Below, one piece after another: positions 39,159 to 48,047 of a stretch of DNA of 64,000 bases (position 1 is its first letter; every line of letters begins with the position of its first letter). Source of the stretch: Candidatus Woesearchaeota archaeon (GTDB lineage Archaea; Nanobdellota; Nanobdellia; Woesearchaeales; JAGLXL01). The position numbers and the translations under genes are program-made. Location of the stretch: positions 360,119 to 424,118 of the forward strand of contig DAOWKC010000002.1 in NCBI GenBank assembly GCA_030640025.1, read 5' to 3'. The notes under the pieces are model-generated. The model worked only from the letters and a program-made list of their open reading frames with translations, was not told where the DNA came from and ran no database searches.

Positions 39159-39564
39159 TAGTTTGTTGGTGTTTTTAGTGGCTCTGACAGGATATCTTCT
39201 TGGTGTTGGTTTAAGTTATATTGCTCCTGAGGAATTAAAGCCAGGTTTTCGTTATTTTTTATGGCTGGAAAGAGGATTGTTTGTTTTGACTTTTTTGCCA
39301 ATAATCTATGTTTTTGGGTTAAGTACATGGGTGATGATACCAGTAGCAATTGCCTTGGTGTCTTTGTTTCTAAATGTTAAGTATAGGATTTATGGTTCTT
39401 TTGGATTATTTTTAGTTTGGTTTTTTTTAGTTTGGGAAGAGAATTTGATTGTGGTGTTATTGGCGAGCGCTATATTTGTTTATGGTTTAGTGGCTGGAAC
39501 TTTGGCTTTAGAAGATTTATCGCCATCTCGAATGGCCAAATTGAATAAGAAGGTCAAGGTTTGA
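39145..39564 (+). CDS. hypothetical membrane protein. Its 3' end is formed by one copy of a 41-bp direct repeat.
   Basis: Four TM helices. The C-terminal codons ...MAKLNKKVKV* lie in repeat copy 1. Confidence 0.45.
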   Translation: MEPINSLLVFLVALTGYLLGVGLSYIAPEELKPGFRYFLWLERGLFVLTFLPIIYVFGLSTWVMIPVAIALVSLFLNVKYRIYGSFGLFLVWFFLVWEENLIVVLLASAIFVYGLVAGTLALEDLSPSRMAKLNKKVKV

Positions 39565-39573
39565 TAATCCGAT
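39533..39573. repeat. direct repeat copy 1 (about 41 bp, 22-bp perfect core CCAAATTGAATAAGAAGGTCAA)
   Basis: Matches 40225..40266 with about 5 mismatches. The two copies bracket the DUF4258/Zn-ribbon-AbrB cassette. Confidence 0.8.
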
Positions 39574-39582
39574 GTTATTTCT

Positions 39583-39924
39583 TTACCCAATATCCACAAT
39601 CAATCGATTTTTTGACTCAGGATAAATAGTTACTTCTTCCCCTTTTTTTAATTCTAAAAATTTGGCAACTTTGTGAGCAATTTTGATATCTAATGAATTG
39701 CCTACTTTACCAACTTTAGTGTGAGATTCTAAACCCCACAGACCTTTTTTCTTGGCTAGAGCATCTATTTTATCTGAAACCTTTTCATCAAATACTGTGT
39801 CTTTACATTTATTGCAGACTTTAGCTTTAAATTTACCTAAGGAAATACCATGAACAGAAAAGTCTACATTCTTATAAGAATATTTACCTGTTTTACACTC
39901 CCAACATTTCATATCTTTTCTCAT
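39583..39924 (-). CDS. YgiT/MqsA-type zinc-ribbon plus AbrB/SpoVT-like domain protein (putative antitoxin)
   Basis: CWECKTG...CNKCKD zinc ribbon. C-terminal GNSLDIKIAHKVAKFLELKKGEEVTI is a swapped-hairpin-like domain. Paralog of 45874..46215. Confidence 0.55.
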   Translation of the reverse strand: MRKDMKCWECKTGKYSYKNVDFSVHGISLGKFKAKVCNKCKDTVFDEKVSDKIDALAKKKGLWGLESHTKVGKVGNSLDIKIAHKVAKFLELKKGEEVTIYPESKNRLIVDIG

Positions 39925-39943
39925 CTTGGCTCACCTACCTCTT

Positions 39944-40141
39944 TTATTCAATATAAACTGTTTTTATTCTATAAAGATCGCCTCTTTTTTTGTAAGCGAC
40001 TCTAATGTAGGAATACTTTACTAAAAAGCCATCAGTCTGTTCAAATTTTGAACCTTGATTAATGGCTTTTTTAATTTGTTCTGTAGTGATTCCATGTATC
40101 ACCATCTTTTCTTTGGCATGTTTAGTAATATCCAATCTCAT
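39944..40141 (-). CDS. DUF4258-like putative toxin
   Basis: ITKHAKEKMVIHGIT...GDLYRIKTVYIE. Confidence 0.5.
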   Translation of the reverse strand: MRLDITKHAKEKMVIHGITTEQIKKAINQGSKFEQTDGFLVKYSYIRVAYKKRGDLYRIKTVYIE

Positions 40142-40218
40142 TTATATAACCTGTTATTACTAATTATAACATATAATAACTTAGAACTATATAAATTTTT
40201 CTATTATGAAGAATATAT

Positions 40219-40518
40219 CTATCTCCATCTAGAGTGTCCAAATTGAATAAGAAGGTCAAAAGTTTGCGGTAGTTTTGGAGTGTCACAAGCACCATAGCAA
40301 GTTCCAAGCCAGATAAAAACTTCTGCTGACGTTGATTTTTCTAAAGTTGTCTTGATTTCTTCTGCTCTGGGTTTTAAGCCGTCTGGCAATTGGATGCAGA
40401 CTAACTTAGCTTTTTTCTCTTTGATTTTGCTGATGGCTTTTTTTAGTTCTAAATCTAGTTGCATTGGAAAATTCTCCAAATTTTCTAATGTCTTAAAAAT
40501 CTCTGATTTTAAAGACAT
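40219..40518 (-). pseudogene. dph2: N-terminal fragment (about 95 aa) of diphthamide synthase Dph2, truncated at the repeat junction
   Basis: KLVCIQLPDGLKPRAEEI...VFIWLGTCYGACD...DLLIQFGHS matches the Dph2 N-terminus and then stops (RWR*). The downstream two-thirds of the gene is absent. Confidence 0.55.
40225..40266. repeat. direct repeat copy 2, inside the dph2 N-terminal fragment (encodes DLLIQFGHS on the minus strand)
   Basis: See copy 1. Confidence 0.8.
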
Positions 40519-40553
40519 TTTGATAAGAAAAGAAGGATAGTTTTTAAATTTTT

Positions 40554-40931
40554 TTAGTTGAGAGAAGGATAATTAACTTGATTTGGAATGTTTCCAATGG
40601 CTTCTTCAGCGGTAGCTTCAACTTTAATTTCTAAATCGTCTCCAAGATTATACCATTCGGCTTGTCCATCTCCTTTGTCATATTGGGAGAGGCCAGTTGC
40701 CTCGTATGTTCCTTTACTATCTGTCGTCAGTAAGATTATGTTTAATTCACTTGGAGCTGGTTTTTTATCTGACCTAAGAAATTGAAGCACCATTGCAGTA
40801 GGCGGAAAGCCTGAAAGTTGAGCAAATTCAAATTCTTTATCTTGATATGTTGCTGTTAAGATAACTCCCAAATTTGTGTTGGAGTTTAAAATAGGAGTTT
40901 TTCTACCTTCAATTCTTAAAACATTACTCAT
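40554..40931 (-). CDS. hypothetical protein
   Basis: ORF only. Confidence 0.35.
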   Translation of the reverse strand: MSNVLRIEGRKTPILNSNTNLGVILTATYQDKEFEFAQLSGFPPTAMVLQFLRSDKKPAPSELNIILLTTDSKGTYEATGLSQYDKGDGQAEWYNLGDDLEIKVEATAEEAIGNIPNQVNYPSLN

Positions 40932-40932
40932 C

Positions 40933-41148
40933 TTAGTAGGTTTCGGCTTTGTAGCTGGCTTTGAATTCTGAAGGATATTTCTTAGTTTCTAATTCTTCGA
41001 CTCTTTGTTCTAATTCTTGAATTCGCATGTTCATCTTAGCAAATTCATTGCTTAATGAGAAAATAGCGTTGCTTAAAGCTCTTCGTGTTTTGGTCAGATC
41101 CTTTTTAGCAGCTTTGAAAGCTCTTTTGACTTTTGATTTGAATGACAT
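40933..41148 (-). CDS. small coiled-coil protein
   Basis: Heptad-rich 71 aa. Confidence 0.3.
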   Translation of the reverse strand: MSFKSKVKRAFKAAKKDLTKTRRALSNAIFSLSNEFAKMNMRIQELEQRVEELETKKYPSEFKASYKAETY

Positions 41149-41255
41149 TGTATTTAATTTATGTTGGAGCTAGTATATAAATGTTTTGGTTATTTGTTAT
41201 TGTTGAGTGGTGAAAGGGTAAGATTTAAATAGGGATCTAATAATTCTCAGTTAAA

Positions 41256-41657
41256 ATGTTTGAGCACGAGATGGCTGGTTTATTAGGGAAAATTATTTCT
41301 GGAGAGAGGGTAATGGAGAAGGCTGGTGACTGGCAATTCCAATCTAGAAAGGATGACTTTTTATTTCATTTAATTCATCCAAAGGCAGAGTATGCTTTTG
41401 AAATTTGCGAATCAGAAGGCGGGGCGATTAAATTTTCAAATTATCACCGCCGGGCTGAGAAAGGGAACGGTACTGCAACTTTAAAACATGTAGAAGCGGC
41501 AATTCAGATCTTGTCTAATGAGCAAAGGAAGCCGGTGAGAGTTATATTTGAAGAGTTGGGTGGACAGACAGATACAGTGCAATGGCTTGAGAAAAATGGT
41601 TATGTTTCAATGACTGGGGAGAAGTATATTAAATATTTTAATCCTGACTTACCTTAA
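41256..41657 (+). CDS. hypothetical protein (possible minimal GNAT-like)
   Basis: HRRAEKGNGTATL resembles a GNAT motif A, weakly. Confidence 0.3.
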   Translation: MFEHEMAGLLGKIISGERVMEKAGDWQFQSRKDDFLFHLIHPKAEYAFEICESEGGAIKFSNYHRRAEKGNGTATLKHVEAAIQILSNEQRKPVRVIFEELGGQTDTVQWLEKNGYVSMTGEKYIKYFNPDLP

Positions 41658-41969
41658 AGGAATCCGAGCGAATTTCTTACATTCTAAACAATAAATAACT
41701 AATTTACCTTGTCTGGTTCTAATTCGAGCGTTTTGGCCGGATCTGAGGTAAGTGTAGCAGTGTTTGCAGAATCTTCTTTTGTAGATTTTGGGCATTCTGA
41801 TACGAGCTTTGCCAGCTATTTTTCTGGCTAATTGAACATATCTATTGGCTAGTTTTTGAGATTTTGTTTTTTGAGCCTCTTGAAAAAGTTCTTTGATTCT
41901 CTGTTTGGCGGTTTCTTTGATTTGTTTTTTTGGGCGTGGTTTCATGAATTTCACTCCGTTCAAATTCAC
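41649..41969 (-). CDS. rnp4: RNase P protein subunit Rpp21/Rpr2 (RNP4)
   Basis: Basic N-terminus and zinc ribbon RFCKHCYTYL...CLECKKF. Confidence 0.8.
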   Translation of the reverse strand: MNLNGVKFMKPRPKKQIKETAKQRIKELFQEAQKTKSQKLANRYVQLARKIAGKARIRMPKIYKRRFCKHCYTYLRSGQNARIRTRQGKLVIYCLECKKFARIPLR

Positions 41970-42092
41970 TTACTTGCGCTCACTTTGTTCGGCAAGTTTC
42001 ATGGTAGTAATGATTATATTGGAGTTTAAAAATCTTTATAAACTAATGATTTATTTTGAATTAAAAAAGGTGAGTTCTAGGAGGAACAAAAA

Positions 42093-42512
42093 ATGAAAAA
42101 AGCAATTTATACAGATAAGGCACCTGAGCCAGGTCATTACAATCAGGCAGTTGTTGTTAATGGTGTTTTGTATACTAGTGGGATTTGTGGGGAGTATTTG
42201 CCTAAACATGGGGCATCAGGATCAATAGGCCCTTTTCTAGAAGCCCAAACAACATTATGTTTAAATTATATTAAATCCATTGTAGAAGAGGCAGGAGGCA
42301 CTTTGGTAGATCTTGTTAGGGTAGATGCAGATATTGTTGACATGACAGAAGATAGGTTTAAAATTTTTGATGAGACATATGCTAAATTTTTCGAAAAAGC
42401 AGGAGTACCAAAAGAAGATTTACCAGCAAGATTTCCTAGAAATGCAAGCCTGCCTTGGAAAGGTTATGAAATAATGATGGCTGTAGTGGCAGATGTTTCA
42501 GGAAAAGAATAA
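42093..42512 (+). CDS. ridA: RidA/YjgF family enamine/imine deaminase
   Basis: YjgF signature (PEPGHYNQAVVVNGVLYTSG). Confidence 0.85.
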   Translation: MKKAIYTDKAPEPGHYNQAVVVNGVLYTSGICGEYLPKHGASGSIGPFLEAQTTLCLNYIKSIVEEAGGTLVDLVRVDADIVDMTEDRFKIFDETYAKFFEKAGVPKEDLPARFPRNASLPWKGYEIMMAVVADVSGKE

Positions 42513-42545
42513 TTTTTTGTTTGAAAGAGGTGAACGGGGTAGAGA

Positions 42546-43340
42546 ATGAAAGTTATGGATATAGAAATGATAGTGAAGGATATTGAGATACGTTCTATTT
42601 CAAATATGTGGGCTTCGGTTAGAGCCAAAAGAGATTTTTCTAAAGGTGAAATAATTGAGGTATGCCCAATTGCTGTACTAAATCAAGATGAATCGCGGTT
42701 GGCTGAAAAAACTTATTTAAAAAATATTAGTTGTAGATATAAACGTCGGTTAGTGGTACCAGGTGGTTATGGTTCTGTTTATTTGCCGTCAGGAGATCCT
42801 AATACAGATACTGAAGTTTATCCTGCAGAAAGAAGAATGATAATCAGAGCAAATAGGAAGATTAGAGAGGGTAAACATATTTTTGTTGATCGCGGAGTAT
42901 TTTCTCCTTCGGAGCCAAAATGGGAGTATGATGAAGCTTCACCGTGGTGTTCAGAAGGACTAATTGTCAAACCAAGTCCAAGCAGGGGGTTAGGAACTTT
43001 TACAACTAGAGAATTTAAAAAAGGAGAATATGCCGAAATTTGCCATTTATTTTCTTTGACTCGAAAACAAAGTGACCTTTTGAAGAATACGAGTGTGAAT
43101 GGATTTATGTATGCTTTAGGAAGCAGAAATCGGATAAGTGGGTGGGCAATTGGATATCCTTGTTTTTATAATCATTCTGATGAGCCCAATATAGATCCTT
43201 GGAATGAAATTGAAAGTATAGAAGAAGATCATTTGGCAGTAAAAGTTTTGAAAGATTTAGGACCAAATACAGAATTGGTTTTTGATTATTTGCCCGGTTA
43301 TAAAAAAGAAAAAAAGGATTTGGGTTTTAAAATAAAATAG
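42546..43340 (+). CDS. SET-domain protein (putative lysine methyltransferase)
   Basis: GLGTFTTREFKKGEYAEI, NHSDEPN and a C-terminal post-SET-like region. The N-terminal half looks like a degenerate second SET-N. Confidence 0.55.
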   Translation: MKVMDIEMIVKDIEIRSISNMWASVRAKRDFSKGEIIEVCPIAVLNQDESRLAEKTYLKNISCRYKRRLVVPGGYGSVYLPSGDPNTDTEVYPAERRMIIRANRKIREGKHIFVDRGVFSPSEPKWEYDEASPWCSEGLIVKPSPSRGLGTFTTREFKKGEYAEICHLFSLTRKQSDLLKNTSVNGFMYALGSRNRISGWAIGYPCFYNHSDEPNIDPWNEIESIEEDHLAVKVLKDLGPNTELVFDYLPGYKKEKKDLGFKIK

Positions 43341-43431
43341 TTAATCGTTTTCTACTTTTGGTGCAAAAATAAAAGAAAACTACCAGTTTAAATAAATAAA
43401 CTTTATAAATAGGTTAATTCTTGAGCTTAAT

Positions 43432-44685
43432 ATGTTCAAGTTTTTGAAGCGATTGTTTGAAGAGAAGGAAGTTGAAGAAACAGTAGAGCAGGACAAACTA
43501 TTGTTCTGGTTTGATAATAAGGTAAAGGAAAAACTGGAAAAGGTTGATAATGACATTATAATTCTTTTTGATGGTGTGGAAAGCAGAAAAAGAGTTATTT
43601 TAGAAAGATTAGAAGCTTTGGAAACAGTTGAGATTAAAGATGCAGAGAAAATTGAAGACAGGATTAAGAATGTAGTTCAAGGTCATCGGACTAATTATGT
43701 CAGGGCAATGAGTATTTTTCTGAGTGAAGTTCAGGTTCCTAAGCAAAGGACTTTGAGCGAGGCAATGAAGTTTAACTCTTTATTGAGAGAGAAGCTAGAT
43801 GAGTTAGGAAAATCCACTGCCAAAAGTTATGCTGCTTCCCAGCATTTGTTTTTTGATGCGGTCCAGCAGGTAGTTAAGGGTTTGAAGGGTTTAAATGATT
43901 TAGTTGTTAATTTTGACAAGGTCGTGGAGAAGAATAAATTAAAAGATTTGGAAATGATTCGGATGACAGTTGATTTGTTGTATAGAAATATGAGTGAGAA
44001 GGAGAGGTTGAGCGGGGAATTAAAGGAAAAAAAAGAGAAACTAATGGAATTGCAGCTGAATAAGCAAAACAAAACAAATGAAGTTGAAAGTCTGGAGCAA
44101 AGCGATGATTACAGGAAATATTTGGAATTAAAAGATGAGAAAGAAAATTTAGAATCACAAGTTCGGGAAAATCAAAGCAAGTTTTTACAGATATTTGCTC
44201 AGTTGGAAAGATCATTGCGGAAATATGAGCACGTGGCTTTGGAAAATAGAAATTTGATTAGGGATTATTTAGAAAATCCTATTGATGCTTTTTTTAAGGA
44301 TGAAAGTTTGGTGTTTTTGAAGATTGTGGCGGGTGTTCGGAAGAATCTTGAGAGTGGAATTGATTTGAAAGAAAGCAAATTAGAGAAAACAATGGAAGTG
44401 ATTGATTCAGTTAATGAGAGCAAGTTGAAAGAAATAAAAGAAAAACATAATCAGTTGATGGAAGAAAAATCAATTGTGGCCAAGAAGATTGACAATAATT
44501 ATATTTACGGCAAATTAAGCGACTTGAAATATCGGCTGGAGCATGTTGATGTGCAGATTGCTGATTCAGAGCAGGAAGTCAAGGAGTTGGAAGAGTTCTT
44601 GGAGAAGATTGATTTGGATAAGATTAAATCCGGGATTAAAGAGAAGGTTTTTGAAGTTTTTAGAGTTAAGCTGCTAATTTCTTGA
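43432..44685 (+). CDS. coiled-coil protein
   Basis: Long heptad-rich sequence. Confidence 0.45.
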   Translation: MFKFLKRLFEEKEVEETVEQDKLLFWFDNKVKEKLEKVDNDIIILFDGVESRKRVILERLEALETVEIKDAEKIEDRIKNVVQGHRTNYVRAMSIFLSEVQVPKQRTLSEAMKFNSLLREKLDELGKSTAKSYAASQHLFFDAVQQVVKGLKGLNDLVVNFDKVVEKNKLKDLEMIRMTVDLLYRNMSEKERLSGELKEKKEKLMELQLNKQNKTNEVESLEQSDDYRKYLELKDEKENLESQVRENQSKFLQIFAQLERSLRKYEHVALENRNLIRDYLENPIDAFFKDESLVFLKIVAGVRKNLESGIDLKESKLEKTMEVIDSVNESKLKEIKEKHNQLMEEKSIVAKKIDNNYIYGKLSDLKYRLEHVDVQIADSEQEVKELEEFLEKIDLDKIKSGIKEKVFEVFRVKLLIS

Positions 44686-45443
44686 AAATGGTAGAAATTG
44701 AAAATCTTGAGGATTTGGCTTTTTTATTACCAAAAATCATTAAGGAAGGTGAAGAAAAATTAAAGGAAGCAAAAAAGAGCCCGGAAATATTGGTAAAATT
44801 GTTAGAGGAAGATCCTGTTTTTGATATTCCTTCAAGTAGTCATTATGGTCACTTGGAAAGTGAATTGGTTGTACGATTTGGAGTAATGGTGGGGGAAGAT
44901 CCCAAAAATCTGAGGAATCATTTTAATATACTTTTGGCTTGTAATCTGAATAAAGAAGGATACCTCTTACCAGATTTATCAAAAAATTATAAGGTATTCA
45001 AATGGGCAGGTAAAAGAGGACTTTATGATACTCTAATATCGTCTTTTAGAAAAAGTTTGCCAATGGGGATGCATGGTGGTGGCTGGAAACCAAGTACTTG
45101 TCATTCCCAGTTTGGAAGAGTGATTGGTCGAGTGGCTCATTTTGGAGGATATGAAAGAGGTAGTGTTGAATTCAAATCAAAAAAATTTCAGGAAGTTGAG
45201 AGAGAGGTAGCTAAGTTTCAACCAAAAAATTATAGAGAAGTTGAGGAAAATGAAGGTAAGCTTCCTTTAAAATTTATGATAGAACCAGCAATTGACTCAC
45301 CAACTAAATCTCTTGAATACTTTTTTTTGAAATTCAGAGCTGCTGACATGAATTGGGGAGATGGCGAATTTGTGGCTTTAGTTAGACATTTAGGTTTGGG
45401 CAGAGAAAAACCAGAATATACTTTTGAGTCTTTAAAGAAATGA
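44682..45443 (+). CDS. hypothetical protein, translationally coupled to the previous gene
   Basis: ATGA overlap. Confidence 0.45.
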   Translation: MKMVEIENLEDLAFLLPKIIKEGEEKLKEAKKSPEILVKLLEEDPVFDIPSSSHYGHLESELVVRFGVMVGEDPKNLRNHFNILLACNLNKEGYLLPDLSKNYKVFKWAGKRGLYDTLISSFRKSLPMGMHGGGWKPSTCHSQFGRVIGRVAHFGGYERGSVEFKSKKFQEVEREVAKFQPKNYREVEENEGKLPLKFMIEPAIDSPTKSLEYFFLKFRAADMNWGDGEFVALVRHLGLGREKPEYTFESLKK

Positions 45444-45543
45444 TTATTTCTTGATTATTGAATAAGGAATTAATTTATATTCTACATAATAGAAACATTT
45501 AAATATCAGTAAAGATATTATACAAGATATCAAAAGAGATATT

Positions 45544-45831
45544 GTGATAGATATGTTTAATATTGAATATCAAGGATTAAGAATAGAACCAACCTTACAT
45601 GCAACACGAGAATTGATTAAGGAAGGAAAAGATCTTTATGATGTTCTTAAAATATTATTAGAAGGTTATGATTGCGGTGCTTCAAAAAGAAAAGAAAATA
45701 TTATTGAAAGATGCCTGAGAAAAGGCGATAAAGAATTTAAAGCTGTCATTGCCAAAACAGAGTTGAGTTATCCGGATGGTTTTCAAGAGAGTGTTTGGCG
45801 ATTAATTCATTTTGGTAAAACTACTATATAA
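45544..45831 (+). CDS. possible DUF4258-like toxin
   Basis: IEPTLHATRELIKEG motif. Precedes a Zn-ribbon/AbrB gene in the same order as the 40141/39924 pair. Confidence 0.35.
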   Translation: MIDMFNIEYQGLRIEPTLHATRELIKEGKDLYDVLKILLEGYDCGASKRKENIIERCLRKGDKEFKAVIAKTELSYPDGFQESVWRLIHFGKTTI

Positions 45832-45873
45832 AAAACTAGTAAAGTTATATTATTCAAAAGAGGTGTAAAAAAA

Positions 45874-46215
45874 ATGGCAAAAGAAAAGATTAGAAAAGAT
45901 ACTTGGCAAGCTAGACATACTTGTACCCATTGTGAAATTCCGATGGAGAAAAAGAAAATAATAATTGAAGGAATAGAAATAAGGGGTTGGGAATGTTCGA
46001 AATGTAAAGAAACTGTTTTACATTCAGAAGATGCACAAAAAATGTTGTTTTTAAATAAATTGAAAAGGGGTATTAAAGTTAAAATTGGAGAATTAGGCCA
46101 ATCGTTGATTATTAGATTCCCAAAGGAAGTAGTGGATTTTTACAAAATTAAAAAAGGAGAAGACCTTACTTTAAGAGCAGAAGATATGAAAAGAATAGAA
46201 TTAGTTCCGGCATAA
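45874..46215 (+). CDS. YgiT-type zinc-ribbon plus AbrB-like domain protein (paralog of 39583..39924)
   Basis: CTHCEI...CSKCKE. C-terminal GQSLIIRFPKEVVDFYKIKKGEDLTL. Confidence 0.55.
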   Translation: MAKEKIRKDTWQARHTCTHCEIPMEKKKIIIEGIEIRGWECSKCKETVLHSEDAQKMLFLNKLKRGIKVKIGELGQSLIIRFPKEVVDFYKIKKGEDLTLRAEDMKRIELVPA

Positions 46216-46218
46216 ATT

Positions 46219-47313
46219 TTATTTCGTAATTATTTCTTTTTTAATTTTAATTCCGCGTTTGTCTATTTGATATAAGTAAGCTTCGCGAGGAACGTACTTT
46301 TCCTGTTCAAGAACACCCCTTTGAGTGATAGCACCAGAAGCAATCATTTGGGCAATGATGGAGACAGACCAGGCAGTGGTTTCAGCTGTGGCAGTGGTAT
46401 TAGTTTTGTCATTGTATTCATGGGCTATGGTGTAAGTAATTTCTGTTTTTTGACCGTCTTTTATTCCGCCGACAACAACTTTGACCAGGACAACATCTTT
46501 TTGGTTCTTAGGCAAAGTTTCTTTGAGATAATCTTCTAATTCGCTTTTGTCTGGAAAACGCTGGATTAATTTTTTTATTTCCTGGTAATGGCCAGGATAT
46601 CTCAAGGTTTTTTCAAACCATTCTTGGACTTGGCCTTCAAAAGTTCTGGTTAAGGTTGAACTCATGCCGGCAACATAATCAGCTTCCATTTCTCCAAATC
46701 CTGGAAAATTTATTTTTTCAAGACCAGAAAGGGCTTTGACGTGCTGGACTTTGCCGTCTTTGATGAGAGTAGAATATTTAGTGTATTCAGAAACTAAAAC
46801 TGCAAGAGAGAAAAGTTGAGTGTAATTTAAAGGTGGATTGGTGGGGTTTAAGGGAATAGCACCGACATAGTTGTGGATGTAATGTGTTATGTCTAACTGG
46901 CTGTCTCCATGACCATCTAAGATGTTGACTGTGCCAGGACAGATTCCGTTATCAGGCATGGCGATAATGCCAGCGTCTTTGGCTTTTTGATGAAGGGCAA
47001 GTTGTTTTTTTAAAGTATCTGGGTCAGCGCCTAAATCTGTATAGTTGCATTTGGCATCAATAGCTGCTTCAAGTCCAAGAAGATGATATTCAGGACGTGC
47101 AACAGCAGAAATTATGCCATCATAACCTCGCATTAATTTGACCAGATTGGCATGATCTCTGACATCAATTGGTTCAAATCCAATTCCTAATTTTTGGGCT
47201 GTAAGACGTTTTGCCGGGTCATAATCAGCAGCAGTAACTGCGCCATATTTCTTTAAATCTCTGGCAATCTCTTCGCCCATGAGACCAAGCCCTAAAAGTA
47301 AAAAACTATGCAT
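46219..47313 (-). CDS. saccharopine dehydrogenase family NAD(P)-dependent oxidoreductase
   Basis: N-terminal Rossmann LLGLGLMGEEIA and Sacchrp_dh-like core. Confidence 0.65.
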   Translation of the reverse strand: MHSFLLLGLGLMGEEIARDLKKYGAVTAADYDPAKRLTAQKLGIGFEPIDVRDHANLVKLMRGYDGIISAVARPEYHLLGLEAAIDAKCNYTDLGADPDTLKKQLALHQKAKDAGIIAMPDNGICPGTVNILDGHGDSQLDITHYIHNYVGAIPLNPTNPPLNYTQLFSLAVLVSEYTKYSTLIKDGKVQHVKALSGLEKINFPGFGEMEADYVAGMSSTLTRTFEGQVQEWFEKTLRYPGHYQEIKKLIQRFPDKSELEDYLKETLPKNQKDVVLVKVVVGGIKDGQKTEITYTIAHEYNDKTNTTATAETTAWSVSIIAQMIASGAITQRGVLEQEKYVPREAYLYQIDKRGIKIKKEIITK

Positions 47314-47473
47314 TTTCTAGAATTTTTTAACAGAACTGGTATTTAACTTTTGTGTATATAGACTATCTATTTTGAATTTTGAAGTAAGGTTGAGTATTAG
47401 TTGAGTTTAATTTGTGTTAAATTCTTTGCCGGTTACGAGCGAAGTGGAGTTCTGGCAAACTTAGTCCTAAGAG

Positions 47474-47490
47474 TTCAAAAATAGGCACTT
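47474..47490. repeat. left arm of a perfect 17-bp inverted repeat (TTCAAAAATAGGCACTT)
   Basis: Reverse complement found at 47841..47857. The arms bracket ORF 47519..47833. Confidence 0.75.
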
Positions 47491-47518
47491 TTAAATAATT
47501 TCTAATATTAATTATTAT

Positions 47519-47833
47519 ATGAAAATAAAAATTAGATATAATCATTGGCTACCTAGATTATTAAAAATAAATGGAATAACCCTTTACCCTTATATTTGCA
47601 TAAAATATTCTGAATCAATATCTTTTAAAAAAAGAATTATTCATCATGAATGGATACATATTATTCAAGTAAGGAAAGATGGTTTCTTTAGATTTTATTT
47701 TAAATGGCTAATTGAGCTACTGATAAATTTTCTTAAGTATAAAAATTATAATAAAGCATATAAAAACATTTCATATGAAGCTGAAGCTTACAAAAAGATG
47801 TTTAAAATAAAAATACCGAAAAAATTAGAGTAA
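47519..47833 (+). CDS. small HExxH protein (DUF4157-like HEWIHIIQ motif), flanked by a 17-bp inverted repeat
   Basis: IIHHEWIHIIQ fits the HE[LW]xH[VI]xQ signature of DUF4157 metallopeptidase-like domains. Confidence 0.45.
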   Translation: MKIKIRYNHWLPRLLKINGITLYPYICIKYSESISFKKRIIHHEWIHIIQVRKDGFFRFYFKWLIELLINFLKYKNYNKAYKNISYEAEAYKKMFKIKIPKKLE

Positions 47834-47840
47834 TTTAACT

Positions 47841-47857
47841 AAGTGCCTATTTTTGAA
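47841..47857. repeat. right arm of the 17-bp inverted repeat, directly abutting a TTGAGTTTAAT direct repeat
   Basis: AAGTGCCTATTTTTGAA. Confidence 0.75.
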
Positions 47858-48047
47858 TTGAGTTTAATTGCTGTTATATTCGTTTTTGCGAACAGAGCTG
47901 GAGCGACCGTATGGGAGCGACCTCGTGAGCAAAAACCAAAACAATTTAAATTCGAAGATGTGAGCGAAGCGAACACCTGAGAATATTAAATTTTTTGAGT
48001 CGCGGAGGGACACACAGTCCAATTAAGCTCGAAGAGCACTAAAGGAC

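Noticed and set aside
47870-48047. Possible degenerate CRISPR-like array (GGAGCGACC x2, GTGAGC, TCGAAGA repeats)
   Set aside because: Repeats are short, irregularly spaced and not of uniform length. No cas genes in the window.
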